Source: an uncultured Candidatus Saccharibacteria bacterium (GTDB lineage: Bacteria > Patescibacteriota > Minisyncoccia > Phycocordibacterales > UBA9973). From it: DNA of 64,000 bases. The notes beneath the pieces are model-generated. The model saw nothing but the letters and a program-made list of their open reading frames with translations. It had not been told where the DNA came from and ran no database searches. A program made the translations under genes and the position numbers. The stretch spans positions 876 through 64,875 of the forward strand of contig CAZNZN010000001.1 in assembly GCA_964577515.1 (NCBI GenBank), in the 5' to 3' direction. Shown one piece after another: positions 9,098 to 18,245 of the stretch (its first letter is position 1; each line of letters starts with the position of its first letter).

Positions 9098-9406
9098 TTA
9101 CTTCAACTCTTGTCCGCTTTTTTTAGCAATGCGAACATTTTTATCAGCGACCTTCTTTGTTCCTACTCGACTTTGCTTTCCTGACTTAGGATCAACCACC
9201 ATCACGTTTGATGCGTTGATAGGTGCTTCTATTTCGATAATAGAACCTTTTTCATTACGGCTCTTTGGCTTTTGGTGACGCTTTACTTTGTTTACCCCAG
9301 CAACGACAACACGGTTTGCAGCGGAAAACACCTTTGAAATAGTGCCTTTTTGGCCTTTATTCTTTCCTGCGATGATTATGACGTTGTCTCCTTTTTTGAT
9401 CTTCAT
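9098..9406 (-). CDS. rplX: 50S ribosomal protein L24
   Basis: KOW motif MKIKKGDNVIIIAGKNKGQKG. The ORF-track upstream extension was trimmed to this Met. Confidence 0.85.
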   Translation of the reverse strand: MKIKKGDNVIIIAGKNKGQKGTISKVFSAANRVVVAGVNKVKRHQKPKSRNEKGSIIEIEAPINASNVMVVDPKSGKQSRVGTKKVADKNVRIAKKSGQELK

Positions 9407-9425
9407 ATAAAAACTCTTTGTGGTA

Positions 9426-9797
9426 TTAGAGCACTTCTGGTGCAAGTGATGCTATTTTCTGGTAGCCAAGCTCTGCGATTTCTCGAGGGATAGGACCAAA
9501 GATACGTCCAGCCTTAGGTTCCTGCTTTCCTTTTTCAAGAATTACTACCGCATTATCATCGAAAGAGATGTAAGAGCCATCAGCCCGACGAAATGGTGCT
9601 TTTTGACGAACAACAACAGCGTAACAAACGTCTTTCTTTTTCACTGCTTTTCGAGGTTCAGCTTTTTTGACAGAAATCACAACAATATCGCCAATTCCTG
9701 CATAACGACGCTTTGATCCACCAAGTACTTTGAAAATCTTTCCGATTTGTCCTCCGGCGTTATCTGTGATTTTAACTAATGATTCATTCTGCAACAT
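9426..9797 (-). CDS. rplN: 50S ribosomal protein L14
   Basis: L14 family (MLQNESLVKITDNAG...). Confidence 0.9.
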   Translation of the reverse strand: MLQNESLVKITDNAGGQIGKIFKVLGGSKRRYAGIGDIVVISVKKAEPRKAVKKKDVCYAVVVRQKAPFRRADGSYISFDDNAVVILEKGKQEPKAGRIFGPIPREIAELGYQKIASLAPEVL

Positions 9798-9807
9798 ATC
9801 ATAACTC

Positions 9808-10050
9808 TTACTTTACAACACTAAAGTGTTTATCCTTAGAAAGTGGTCGACTCTCAACAATCTCAACAATCTCTCCTACCTTGTGAGCATTATCTTCATC
9901 ATGTGCTTTAAACTTTTTTGTGATCTTAACGTACTTTTGATACTTTGGATGCTTCACAAAACGGGTCACAGCAACAACAACCGTCTTATCCATCTTGTCT
10001 GAGACAACGGTGCCCTTGATTGTTTTTTTGTTGTTGGTTGTTGTTTTCAT
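9808..10050 (-). CDS. rpsQ: 30S ribosomal protein S17
   Basis: S17 OB-fold ([29 protein letters not shown]). Confidence 0.9.
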   Translation of the reverse strand: MKTTTNNKKTIKGTVVSDKMDKTVVVAVTRFVKHPKYQKYVKITKKFKAHDEDNAHKVGEIVEIVESRPLSKDKHFSVVK

Positions 10051-10094
10051 ATTATTAAGTCTTGATACTATACCGTATTTTTATAAAAAGTCTA

Positions 10095-10277
10095 CTATTG
10101 GGTGTTTATGAGCGTAAGGATGCGAGCGATAGTTTTCTTATTTGCTCGATACTCTTTAAGATCTCCCCCTTTTCCAAGGTTTTTCCCAAAGGTCGCACTT
10201 GCAACCGCCGCTTTGAGCTTTGCGAGTTCTGCCACAAGTTCTTGTGGGGTTTTGTCTTTTAGTGATGTTTTTTTCAT
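10095..10277 (-). CDS. rpmC: 50S ribosomal protein L29
   Basis: 60-aa helical protein (TPQELVAELAKLKAA) between rplP and rpsQ. Confidence 0.85.
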   Translation of the reverse strand: MKKTSLKDKTPQELVAELAKLKAAVASATFGKNLGKGGDLKEYRANKKTIARILTLINTQ

Positions 10278-10282
10278 AGTGA

Positions 10283-10699
10283 TTATACTCGTGCAACAAC
10301 GCGTGATTTGATAGGAAGCTTGGTTCCCGCCTTTCGAAGCGCTTCTCGGGCAACTACCTCAGTAACACCGTCTACTTCAAAAATAATACGACCAGGAAGA
10401 ATTTCCATGCAGTACCCATCGAGATCTCCTTTTCCACCACCCATCGGTACTTCTGCTGGCTTTGAAGTAATAGGTCGGTCTGGAAATACACGTACCCACA
10501 TACGACCAGTCTTTCCAAGGTGACGAGATGCTGCCTTACGTGCCGCTTCGATTTGGTTTGAGGTAATACGAGCAAGAGACTCGGTCTTGAGTGCGAATGA
10601 CCCAAAAGATACTGTTGTTCCGCGAGTTTCAACACGCTTTGTCATGTCGGTTCGCTTCTTTTGCCATTTTCTAAATTTTACTTTTTTAGGATACAACAT
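10283..10699 (-). CDS. rplP: 50S ribosomal protein L16
   Basis: L16 family (MLYPKKVKFRKWQKKR...PMGGGKG). Confidence 0.9.
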   Translation of the reverse strand: MLYPKKVKFRKWQKKRTDMTKRVETRGTTVSFGSFALKTESLARITSNQIEAARKAASRHLGKTGRMWVRVFPDRPITSKPAEVPMGGGKGDLDGYCMEILPGRIIFEVDGVTEVVAREALRKAGTKLPIKSRVVARV

Positions 10700-10710
10700 G
10701 GTAATAACTC

Positions 10711-11379
10711 TTATTTCTTTTCTCCGCGAGAGAATATCTGACCCTTATAGATCCATACTTTGATACCAATATCTCCGTAGGCAAGGTGTGCGCGCTCACG
10801 AGCAAAATCAATATCAGCACGAACTGTTTGTAGTGGAATAGATCCACGTTTAAGCTCTTCACTTCGAGCGATTTCTGCCCCACCGAGACGTCCCCCCATG
10901 TAGAATTTCACCCCTTGGACACCACGAACTGCCATCACTTTTTCGATAAGCTGTTTCATAACGCGACGATACGGAAGACGTTTTTCAAGTCCTTCTGCAA
11001 GCATGTAGGCAACGATTTTTGCATCTGCTTCAGGATTTGTTACTTCAACAATCTCAAGCTTGATATCATCAGTAACAACAAGTTTTGCACGCTTAAGGGT
11101 CTTCACAATATCTGCTTTGAGTTTTGTTGCTCCCTCACCACTACGGCCAATCACCATTCCAGGACGAGAAGTACGGATAATGATACGTACTGCTTTTTGT
11201 CCTCGTTCAATTTCTACGCTTGATACATATGAACCACGAAGGCGTTTCTCGAGAAACTCACGAATAGTAACATCAACCTTGAGGTTGTCGACAAATTTTG
11301 CATCTGTAGCAAACCAGCGTGATTTCCAATCACGAAGTGTTACAAGACGATGTGCGTATGGGTGAACTACTTTAGACAT
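10711..11379 (-). CDS. rpsC: 30S ribosomal protein S3
   Basis: S3 KH plus C-terminal domain (GRLGGAEIARSEELKRGSIPLQTVRADIDF). Confidence 0.9.
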   Translation of the reverse strand: MSKVVHPYAHRLVTLRDWKSRWFATDAKFVDNLKVDVTIREFLEKRLRGSYVSSVEIERGQKAVRIIIRTSRPGMVIGRSGEGATKLKADIVKTLKRAKLVVTDDIKLEIVEVTNPEADAKIVAYMLAEGLEKRLPYRRVMKQLIEKVMAVRGVQGVKFYMGGRLGGAEIARSEELKRGSIPLQTVRADIDFARERAHLAYGDIGIKVWIYKGQIFSRGEKK

Positions 11380-11385
11380 AATGAT

Positions 11386-11760
11386 TTATTTATTTTTTGC
11401 TACTTTCTTCTTTGCAGCGACCTTCTTTGACTTCGGTGCTTTCTCAGCAAGAACAACATCAACATGGCTCATTTTCTTGCGAATAGGCTTTGCAGACCCC
11501 ATAGCGCGAGGCATGTACCGCTTCATGACGAGTCCTTTGTTTACCTCAATAGTTTTAATAACTAAATTGTCAGTAGCAAGACCAGATTGCACTGCATTTG
11601 CCGCAGCACTCTTGATGAGTTTCTTGATAGGATCAGCCGCCCGCTTTGGCATGTATGAAAGTGTCACCTCCGCATCAGCGATAGTTTTGCCTTTTACAGC
11701 GTTAGCAACAAGGCGAACCTTGCGTGGTGATTGGCGATAATTGGTAAGTGATGCTTTCAT
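11386..11760 (-). CDS. rplV: 50S ribosomal protein L22
   Basis: L22 family with a Lys-rich C-terminal tail. Confidence 0.9.
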   Translation of the reverse strand: MKASLTNYRQSPRKVRLVANAVKGKTIADAEVTLSYMPKRAADPIKKLIKSAAANAVQSGLATDNLVIKTIEVNKGLVMKRYMPRAMGSAKPIRKKMSHVDVVLAEKAPKSKKVAAKKKVAKNK

Positions 11761-11777
11761 AAAAGTAAACTAAACGA

Positions 11778-12125
11778 TTATTTTTTCTTAGTATCAGTGG
11801 TAGAAGCCTTCGCAGCTTTTGCAGCAGCAATTTCAGACTCTTTTTTCTTTTGATCGAGTTCTTTCTGCATCTTACCTCCATGACGAGTAAACTTGCGTGT
11901 AGGAGAAAATTCTCCGAGACGGTGTCCCACCATATCTTCAGTAACAAGGACCTCTATGTGCTGACGGCCGTTGTGTACCCCGAAGGTAAATCCTACCATT
12001 TCTGGTGCTATCTGTGAGTCTCGTGACCATGTTTTAATAACTCCTGCAGAAAGGGGTGCTTTGCCCGCAATCTTTTTGAGGAGTTTTTCATCAATATATG
12101 GTCCTTTTGCAAGTGATCGTGTCAT
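11778..12125 (-). CDS. rpsS: 30S ribosomal protein S19
   Basis: S19 core ([12 protein letters not shown]...[18 protein letters not shown]) plus a Lys-rich C-terminal extension. Start trimmed to [10 protein letters not shown]. Confidence 0.85.
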   Translation of the reverse strand: MTRSLAKGPYIDEKLLKKIAGKAPLSAGVIKTWSRDSQIAPEMVGFTFGVHNGRQHIEVLVTEDMVGHRLGEFSPTRKFTRHGGKMQKELDQKKKESEIAAAKAAKASTTDTKKK

Positions 12126-12196
12126 GGTTTTAGAATAAAAGAAGCTCGTTCTGAGCTCCGCATATCTTAGCAAATTATTAGGTATTGTCAAATCTT

Positions 12197-12583
12197 CTAT
12201 AAGAAAAGCTTCGGGATGAAGATGATGCACCCGACGGCGATAGCTCCTGCGACCGTCAAAAGGACTGCTCCGGCTGCAACATCTTTGGTATCACGAGCGT
12301 ACGGGTGGTAATTGGGACTCGTAAGATCAATGTCAAACTCAAGTGCTGTATTAAAACCTTCTGCAGCAAGGACTGCTGCTATAGAAAGTACAATAAGACC
12401 CCACTCTGCTTCGCTGATATGAAACCAGAAGCCCAGAAAAATTGCTATAAGCGCAACAACACCATGCACCCATGCGTTGTGCTGTGTCTTGAAAATGACC
12501 ACCACCCCTCGAAGGGCATACCTTAAACTCCTCGCTCGTGCTATTATCGAAAATCGTTTTTTCTCTGAGAGTTTCTTTTCCAT
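12197..12583 (-). CDS. dgkA: diacylglycerol/undecaprenol kinase DgkA family
   Basis: 128 aa with 3 TM helices. DgkA motifs are present (EGFNTALE...[12 protein letters not shown]). Inserted between rpsS and rplB. Confidence 0.7.
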   Translation of the reverse strand: MEKKLSEKKRFSIIARARSLRYALRGVVVIFKTQHNAWVHGVVALIAIFLGFWFHISEAEWGLIVLSIAAVLAAEGFNTALEFDIDLTSPNYHPYARDTKDVAAGAVLLTVAGAIAVGCIIFIPKLFL

Positions 12584-12629
12584 ATACTAAGTATAACAAA
12601 AACCACTACTTTCGGAGTGGTTTTTAGTA

Positions 12630-13466
12630 CTATCGCTTTCCTTTTCTTCGAGAAACAATCAGTGAGTTTGAATATTTCTTTGGAGTTCGAGTTCGTACAC
12701 CGTACGCTTGTTTTCCATGTCGTGTTTTTGGACCACGTCGAAGACCGATACCTTGTCGTCCTTCTCCTCCACCGTGTGGGTGATCAACCGGGTTCATTGC
12801 AGTACCACGAACAGTTGGGCGAATACCCTTCCATCGAGAACGTCCTGCTTTACCAAAGTTGCGAAGTTTGCTCTCTTCGTTTGATACCTCTCCGATACAT
12901 GCCCATGCACTGTCGAGTACTTTTCGAACCTCTCCAGAAGGCATTTTAAGGTTAGTATATCCGTTATCTTGAGCGGCAACTTGTGCAAATACCCCCGCAG
13001 AACGAACAAGTGATGCTTTTGCGCCAGGCTTAAGAGCCACGTTGTATACAAAAGTACCAACAGGAACATTTTTGAGCGGAAGTCGATTTGCCACCTCTAC
13101 AGGTGCGGTTTCAGATACGATAAATGCAGCGCCAACCCCGACGTTCTTCGGGAGAACAACATACCGCTTTTCTCCATCAGCGTACACAGCAATACCAACA
13201 AAAGCGGTGCGATTTGGATCGTATTCTACAGAAACAATCTTTGCTGGGATGTCTATCTTGTTGTACAAGAAATCAACTGCTCGATATGCTCGCTTATGCC
13301 CTCCTCCTTTATGCGGAGTAGTGATACGACCTTGGTTGTTTCGTCCAACAGAACGCTTCTTTCCTTTAGTGAGGGATTTGAGCGGTTTTGTAGCAGTGAG
13401 CACCTTTCGGTATTCAACCCCTTGCTGTTGTCGTTTTGATGGTGTTGTTGGTTTAAATTTCTTCAT
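12630..13466 (-). CDS. rplB: 50S ribosomal protein L2
   Basis: L2 family (GGGHKRAYR...HPHGGGEGR). Confidence 0.95.
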   Translation of the reverse strand: MKKFKPTTPSKRQQQGVEYRKVLTATKPLKSLTKGKKRSVGRNNQGRITTPHKGGGHKRAYRAVDFLYNKIDIPAKIVSVEYDPNRTAFVGIAVYADGEKRYVVLPKNVGVGAAFIVSETAPVEVANRLPLKNVPVGTFVYNVALKPGAKASLVRSAGVFAQVAAQDNGYTNLKMPSGEVRKVLDSAWACIGEVSNEESKLRNFGKAGRSRWKGIRPTVRGTAMNPVDHPHGGGEGRQGIGLRRGPKTRHGKQAYGVRTRTPKKYSNSLIVSRRKGKR

Positions 13467-13483
13467 ATAATTGCGATTACGGA

Positions 13484-13777
13484 TTAAATGACATCAATAG
13501 TCTTTCCTTTTGGAAGCGTGATGTATGCCTTCTTCCCTGCTGCACCAAACCCGAGTGTTCCCTTGCGGAAAAAAGTTTTTCGTTTTATTTGAACAGTACG
13601 AACTGAGAGTGGTTTTTGCTTGTATTGCGCTTCAAATGCTTTTCCTATCTCACTTTTTGTAGCATCAACCGCCACATCAAAAGTGTAGGTACGTACTGAT
13701 TGGGCATTTGCTGCCTTTTCAGTGATACGAGGGTTCTTCAAAATACCAGTAATTGTTGTTGTTTCTTTTGTCGCCAT
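13484..13777 (-). CDS. rplW: 50S ribosomal protein L23
   Basis: L23 family (ILKNPRITEKA). Confidence 0.9.
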   Translation of the reverse strand: MATKETTTITGILKNPRITEKAANAQSVRTYTFDVAVDATKSEIGKAFEAQYKQKPLSVRTVQIKRKTFFRKGTLGFGAAGKKAYITLPKGKTIDVI

Positions 13778-13787
13778 ATACTAACTC

Positions 13788-14450
13788 TTATGCCATCTTC
13801 GCTTCTAGAGAAGGGAGGATATCTTTAGGGTCGACCATAATAATGTGTGAGAAATGCATTACATCAAGTGTATTGATATCTTTTGCAAGTGCTACGGTTA
13901 CTCCAGGAAGATTTGCAAAGCTCTTCTCTATCACTGTATCACGCTTTGGAAGCGCAAGAAGTGCAGTAGTTGCTTTCTTAGAGGTAAGTTTTTCAAATCC
14001 TTTCACTGTAGCAAGGTCCTTAAGAACACTTTGTGCAGTTTTTGTTTTCATTGCATCAAGTGCGAGAGTATCAACAAAGAGTACTTGATTATCTGCAAAG
14101 CGTTTTGATAACACAGTAAAGAGTGCTTTTGCACGCATTTTCTTATTGATCTTTTGTGAGTAATCTTTTTCGTTGCGAGGACCAAAAGTGACTCCTCCTC
14201 CTACCCAGATAGGGCTTCGTGAAGACCCGTGTCGAGCACGACCGGTTCCTTTTTGTTTCCATGGCTTTTTACCACCACCAGAAACTTCGCCGCGATCCTT
14301 TGTATGTGCAGTACCAGCACGCTTGTTTGCGGCCATACCTACTGCAACCTGGTGTACCAAATCAGCGTTCCATTTTACTCCAAACACTTTTGCTGGAAGT
14401 GTAAGAGATCCTGCTTTTGTTCCTTTTTGATTATAGAGTGTTGTTTCCAT
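13788..14450 (-). CDS. rplD: 50S ribosomal protein L4
   Basis: L4 family (GGGKKPWKQKGTGRARHGS). Confidence 0.9.
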   Translation of the reverse strand: METTLYNQKGTKAGSLTLPAKVFGVKWNADLVHQVAVGMAANKRAGTAHTKDRGEVSGGGKKPWKQKGTGRARHGSSRSPIWVGGGVTFGPRNEKDYSQKINKKMRAKALFTVLSKRFADNQVLFVDTLALDAMKTKTAQSVLKDLATVKGFEKLTSKKATTALLALPKRDTVIEKSFANLPGVTVALAKDINTLDVMHFSHIIMVDPKDILPSLEAKMA

Positions 14451-14461
14451 AGTATTAACTC

Positions 14462-15073
14462 TTATTTCGCTGTACTAATAAGTACTACTGAATCACGTCG
14501 ACCTGGTACTGCACCGCTGATATAAAGGGTGTTTGTAGCAGCATCAACAGCAACTACTTTGAGCCCCTTTACGGTTACTGTGTCACCACCGGTACGTCCC
14601 GCCATACGCATTCCTTTTGGAACACGAGTACGGAGCCCTCCTCCGATAGATCCTGGTTCACGTTCTGAGTGCTTCTGACCGTGTGACCGTGGTCCTCCAT
14701 GGAAGCCATGGCGCTTCACAACACCTTGAAATCCTTTTGATTTTGAGGTACCTGTTACCACCACCTCATCACCTGAAGCAAATGTCGATACTGCTATAGT
14801 ATCCCCGACCGCACCCTCTGGTGCTGCATCAAAACGAAACTCTTGAATGAGCTTGTATGCTTTACCACCAAGCGCCCCTTTGAGCGCTTGAGAGATGCGA
14901 GACTCTTTTTGGTCTTCTGAAGCAACCTGTACGGCGTTGTAACCGTCAGTAGCAACAGTTTTTATCTTTGTAATAACGTTTGGAGACGCAACTACCGCAG
15001 TGACTGGAAGTACTTTTCCATCCTCACTAAAGAGCTGTGTCATATTCACTTTTCTTCCGACGATGTATTTCAT
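14462..15073 (-). CDS. rplC: 50S ribosomal protein L3
   Basis: L3 family (GTSKSKGFQGVVKRHGFHGGP). Confidence 0.9.
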   Translation of the reverse strand: MKYIVGRKVNMTQLFSEDGKVLPVTAVVASPNVITKIKTVATDGYNAVQVASEDQKESRISQALKGALGGKAYKLIQEFRFDAAPEGAVGDTIAVSTFASGDEVVVTGTSKSKGFQGVVKRHGFHGGPRSHGQKHSEREPGSIGGGLRTRVPKGMRMAGRTGGDTVTVKGLKVVAVDAATNTLYISGAVPGRRDSVVLISTAK

Positions 15074-15145
15074 AATGTTCTTGTCCTAAACGACTTAATG
15101 CCGAAGGATATTGGACCATTTAAAGACTATTTAAATGTGGTTGAG

Positions 15146-15173
15146 ATTATACACGGGATTTAAAAAAGCGCAA
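15146..15173 (-). promoter_or_regulatory. sigma70-like promoter upstream of rplC
   Basis: On the minus strand: TTGCGC-N16-TATAAT, about 65 nt upstream of the rplC ATG. Confidence 0.4.
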
Positions 15174-15182
15174 GAACAATGC

Positions 15183-15210
15183 AAAAAACCACCCGTAGGG
15201 GTGGTTTTTT
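15183..15210. terminator. intrinsic terminator between rpsJ and rplC
   Basis: A6-CCACCC-GTAG-GGGTGG-T6, symmetric. Confidence 0.55.
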
Positions 15211-15223
15211 GTTGAGAGATGCA

Positions 15224-15574
15224 TTACATCATCTTTACATCAATATCTACACCAGATGGCATTGAGAGGTTTGTAAGCGCCTCAATCACCTTTGGTGATG
15301 GGTTCTCGATGTCGATCAGTCGTTTATGCACGCGCATTTCGAACTGTTCTCGAGAGTTTTTGTAGATGAACGGCGATCGGTTAACCGTGTACTTCTTGAT
15401 CTCTGTAGGGAGAGGGATCGGTCCACGAACCTTTGCATCGTACCGTGTTGCAGTATCAATAATCTGCTTGGTACTTGCGTCAAGAATCTTGTTCTCATAC
15501 GCACGTACTCGGATACGAAGCATTGATTGCACATCATCCTTTGCGTTTTTTTTGTTTGTTGTTTTTGCTGTCAT
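15224..15574 (-). CDS. rpsJ: 30S ribosomal protein S10
   Basis: S10 family ([17 protein letters not shown]...). Confidence 0.9.
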   Translation of the reverse strand: MTAKTTNKKNAKDDVQSMLRIRVRAYENKILDASTKQIIDTATRYDAKVRGPIPLPTEIKKYTVNRSPFIYKNSREQFEMRVHKRLIDIENPSPKVIEALTNLSMPSGVDIDVKMM

Positions 15575-15665
15575 ACGAATGTACTAAGCGGAGGGCTGGT
15601 GTTTCTGTCGTAAGTGCATATGTTTTTACTACAGAACCCGGGCCACTCTACGCAATAGGCTGATA

Positions 15666-16853
15666 TTACTTGATAACCTTTGTTACCACACCGGCACCAA
15701 CAGTCTTTCCTCCTTCTCGGATTGCGAAGCGCATTTGGTCTTCCATAGCAACTGGAGCAACGAGTTTAACTGTTACTTTCACTGTGTCTCCTGGCATTAC
15801 CATTTCTGTTCCTGCTGGGAGTGTTACTTCTCCAGTAACGTCAGTGGTTCGGATGTAGAACTGTGGTTTGTATCCGTTCATAAATGGAGTGTGTCGTCCA
15901 CCTTCCTCTTTCTTGAGTACGTATACTTCACCTTCAAATTCTGTGTGTGGAGTTACAGAGCCGGTCTTCGCGAGCACTTGTCCTCGGGTGAGATCTTCTT
16001 TCTTCACACCGCGGAGAAGGATACCTGCGTTGTCCCCTGCTTGTCCTTCAGAAAGTGACTTGTTGAACATTTCGATACCAGTCACTGTGGTTTTCATAGT
16101 GTCCTTGATACCAACGATTTCAACTTCTTCACCAACTTTCACGATTCCACGTTCGATACGTCCTGTTACTACAGTTCCGCGTCCTTCGATAGAAAAGATA
16201 TCTTCGATAGGCATGAGGAACGCTTTGTCGAGGTCGCGAACTGGAAGTGGGATGTAGGTGTCGAGTGCGTTTGCAAGCTCGAGCACTTTTTGTGCCCATG
16301 TATCATCAAGACTTGTAGCTTCAAGCGCTTTAAGTCCAGACCCACGGATTACAGGACAATCCTTGTCAAATCCTTGCTTTGCAAGAATTTCACGGATTTC
16401 TTCTTCAACGAGGTCAATCATGTCTGGGTCATCCACCATGTCACACTTGTTGAGGAACACGATAATCTTTGGAACACCCACTTGTTTTGCAAGGAGGATG
16501 TGCTCTCGTGTTTGAGGCATTGCACCATCAGTAGCAGCAACCACAATGATTGCTCCGTCCATTTGTGCTGCACCAGTGATCATGTTCTTGATGTAGTCAG
16601 CGTGTCCTGGAGCGTCGATGTGCGCGTAGTGACGTGTCTCTGTCTCGTACTCGTTGTGAGAAATGTTGATAGTAATACCACGTGCTTTCTCTTCAGGAGC
16701 ACCGTCGATTTCATCAACTTTCTTGAGCTTCACTTGCTTTCCGGCCATGTTCAACACATGGAGGATAGCCGCAGTAAGCGTAGTCTTTCCGTGGTCAACG
16801 TGACCAATAGTTCCTACGTTTACGTGTGGCTTTGAACGATTAAATTCTGCCAT
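15666..16853 (-). CDS. tuf: elongation factor Tu
   Basis: [15 protein letters not shown]-type motifs, NKCD. 395 aa. Confidence 0.95.
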   Translation of the reverse strand: MAEFNRSKPHVNVGTIGHVDHGKTTLTAAILHVLNMAGKQVKLKKVDEIDGAPEEKARGITINISHNEYETETRHYAHIDAPGHADYIKNMITGAAQMDGAIIVVAATDGAMPQTREHILLAKQVGVPKIIVFLNKCDMVDDPDMIDLVEEEIREILAKQGFDKDCPVIRGSGLKALEATSLDDTWAQKVLELANALDTYIPLPVRDLDKAFLMPIEDIFSIEGRGTVVTGRIERGIVKVGEEVEIVGIKDTMKTTVTGIEMFNKSLSEGQAGDNAGILLRGVKKEDLTRGQVLAKTGSVTPHTEFEGEVYVLKKEEGGRHTPFMNGYKPQFYIRTTDVTGEVTLPAGTEMVMPGDTVKVTVKLVAPVAMEDQMRFAIREGGKTVGAGVVTKVIK

Positions 16854-16924
16854 AATAAATTAACGTTAAATTACTTAATAAAAATCGCAAATAAAAACAA
16901 AACGCAAAACTGCGATTGCCCTTC

Positions 16925-16952
16925 ATCATAGCACTCCGGGCACCTTTGTCAA
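16925..16952 (-). promoter_or_regulatory. sigma70-like promoter for tuf
   Basis: On the minus strand: TTGACA-N16-TATGAT, about 65 nt upstream of the tuf ATG. Confidence 0.45.
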
Positions 16953-16980
16953 ATAAAACACCCCCTCTTGCGAGGGGGCT
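16945..16980 (-). terminator. intrinsic terminator after the hypothetical gene, upstream of tuf
   Basis: CCCCCTC-TTGC-GAGGGGG hairpin followed on the minus strand by TGTTTTATTTG. Confidence 0.5.
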
Positions 16981-16983
16981 TCT

Positions 16984-17448
16984 TCATTTTTTAAGAGTAC
17001 CCGCTATTTCCTTGCAGGCCTCAAACATTTTAAAAACGACAGCGAGTGCTTCTTCAGAGAGGGTGTGCATTGGAAGTTGCATATCAACCCACTGCTTTTC
17101 GTCGGGAGCGTCATAGAGCGCCTTCCAGTTGAAAATGTACGGCCTGTTTGACCGCAACGCACTGTCTTTCGCCCATTTCTTTTCAGTGAAATACTTTTCA
17201 GGACGAGAACTGTCAAACAGTCGAACAATAATGTCGTTGTTTGTCTGGGTAACAAATACAACAGTCTTTTCCCCTTGATGGTTTATCACCATCCGATGGA
17301 TGCTCCCTGTTAAATCAGGGAAGTGTCCAATCGGTCTCTCTTCAACAATGGAAAAATGTTTTTTGATAATCTTCTTGGCTCTCTCAAGTGGAGAGTGTAA
17401 GGAACTGGTCATATGAATGAAATTTTCATAAAGATACCACAAAATCAT
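16984..17448 (-). CDS. hypothetical protein
   Basis: 154-aa ORF (possibly starting at the internal MTSSLHSP). No known motif. Lies between the SDR gene and tuf. Confidence 0.45.
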   Translation of the reverse strand: MILWYLYENFIHMTSSLHSPLERAKKIIKKHFSIVEERPIGHFPDLTGSIHRMVINHQGEKTVVFVTQTNNDIIVRLFDSSRPEKYFTEKKWAKDSALRSNRPYIFNWKALYDAPDEKQWVDMQLPMHTLSEEALAVVFKMFEACKEIAGTLKK

Positions 17449-17485
17449 TTTTTGTCAAAAAAAACACCTGAAAGGGTGCTTTAAC

Positions 17486-18178
17486 TTACAAAGAAAGTAC
17501 TTTCCTCAAGTGTTCTACATACTGACCCGGGGTGAGTTTTTCCACAGCTGGATCAGCAATGAGTTCTGGAAATTCTCGCTCTGTAAGCGGTGTCACGATA
17601 AGCGACGGTTCATCGCAGATCACTTCTTTGAAGACTTTTTCTTCTCTCCACTGCGCTAGTAAGCTACTGAGCTTTGCTTTCGCCTGTACGTACCCCTCTT
17701 CGTCTTTACGATATGGGTGCCCCGGCTCAAAGTGCGCGGCCCAAGAGCTAACTCCAAGGAGAACGGTATCTTCTTGGAGCTTTTCACCAAAGATCTCTTT
17801 GAGTCCAAACACTACTGTTTCAGCAGTACGGACATTTACCCTTTCGTGATACTCAATAGAGTGAGTTTCCTTCTCTTCTTGCGTCTCCCCTGGAAACATA
17901 GGGTCACTATCTTTCCGTAGATCTCCTACCAACAGTACTACCTGTTCAGGGAGAACTCCTTCTGTAGAAAGATTTTTAAAATAGTTAACCATACTATCAT
18001 GACTTTCTATTTCTACTGTCGCACAGTGTGCATTTGGGAAAGTACCAAAAAGGTCTTGTGCCTTTTGGATACTTCTCACTGGAAGATAGAGTTCGTGGCC
18101 CTCACTAAGCATTTGTAGAGTAAACGCAGTACCAATACCACCAGTACTTCCTGTTACAACGATTGTTTGTTTTTTCAT
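17486..18178 (-). CDS. atypical short-chain dehydrogenase/reductase (Rossmann NAD(P)-binding)
   Basis: N-terminal TGSTGGIG glycine-rich loop. Start trimmed to MKKQTIVVTG. Inserted between fusA and tuf. Confidence 0.6.
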   Translation of the reverse strand: MKKQTIVVTGSTGGIGTAFTLQMLSEGHELYLPVRSIQKAQDLFGTFPNAHCATVEIESHDSMVNYFKNLSTEGVLPEQVVLLVGDLRKDSDPMFPGETQEEKETHSIEYHERVNVRTAETVVFGLKEIFGEKLQEDTVLLGVSSWAAHFEPGHPYRKDEEGYVQAKAKLSSLLAQWREEKVFKEVICDEPSLIVTPLTEREFPELIADPAVEKLTPGQYVEHLRKVLSL

Positions 18179-18245
18179 GTGCAGTATTTTACGCCTACTG
18201 TAGCACAAAAACAAAAAGTCCCCGTAAGGGACTTTTTGAGAACAC

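Noticed and set aside
16925-16954. Possible CIRCE heat-shock element (ATAGCACTC) near the tuf promoter
   Set aside because: Only one half-site is present and no GAGTGCTAA partner lies 9 nt downstream. It is read as the -10/-35 region of an ordinary promoter.
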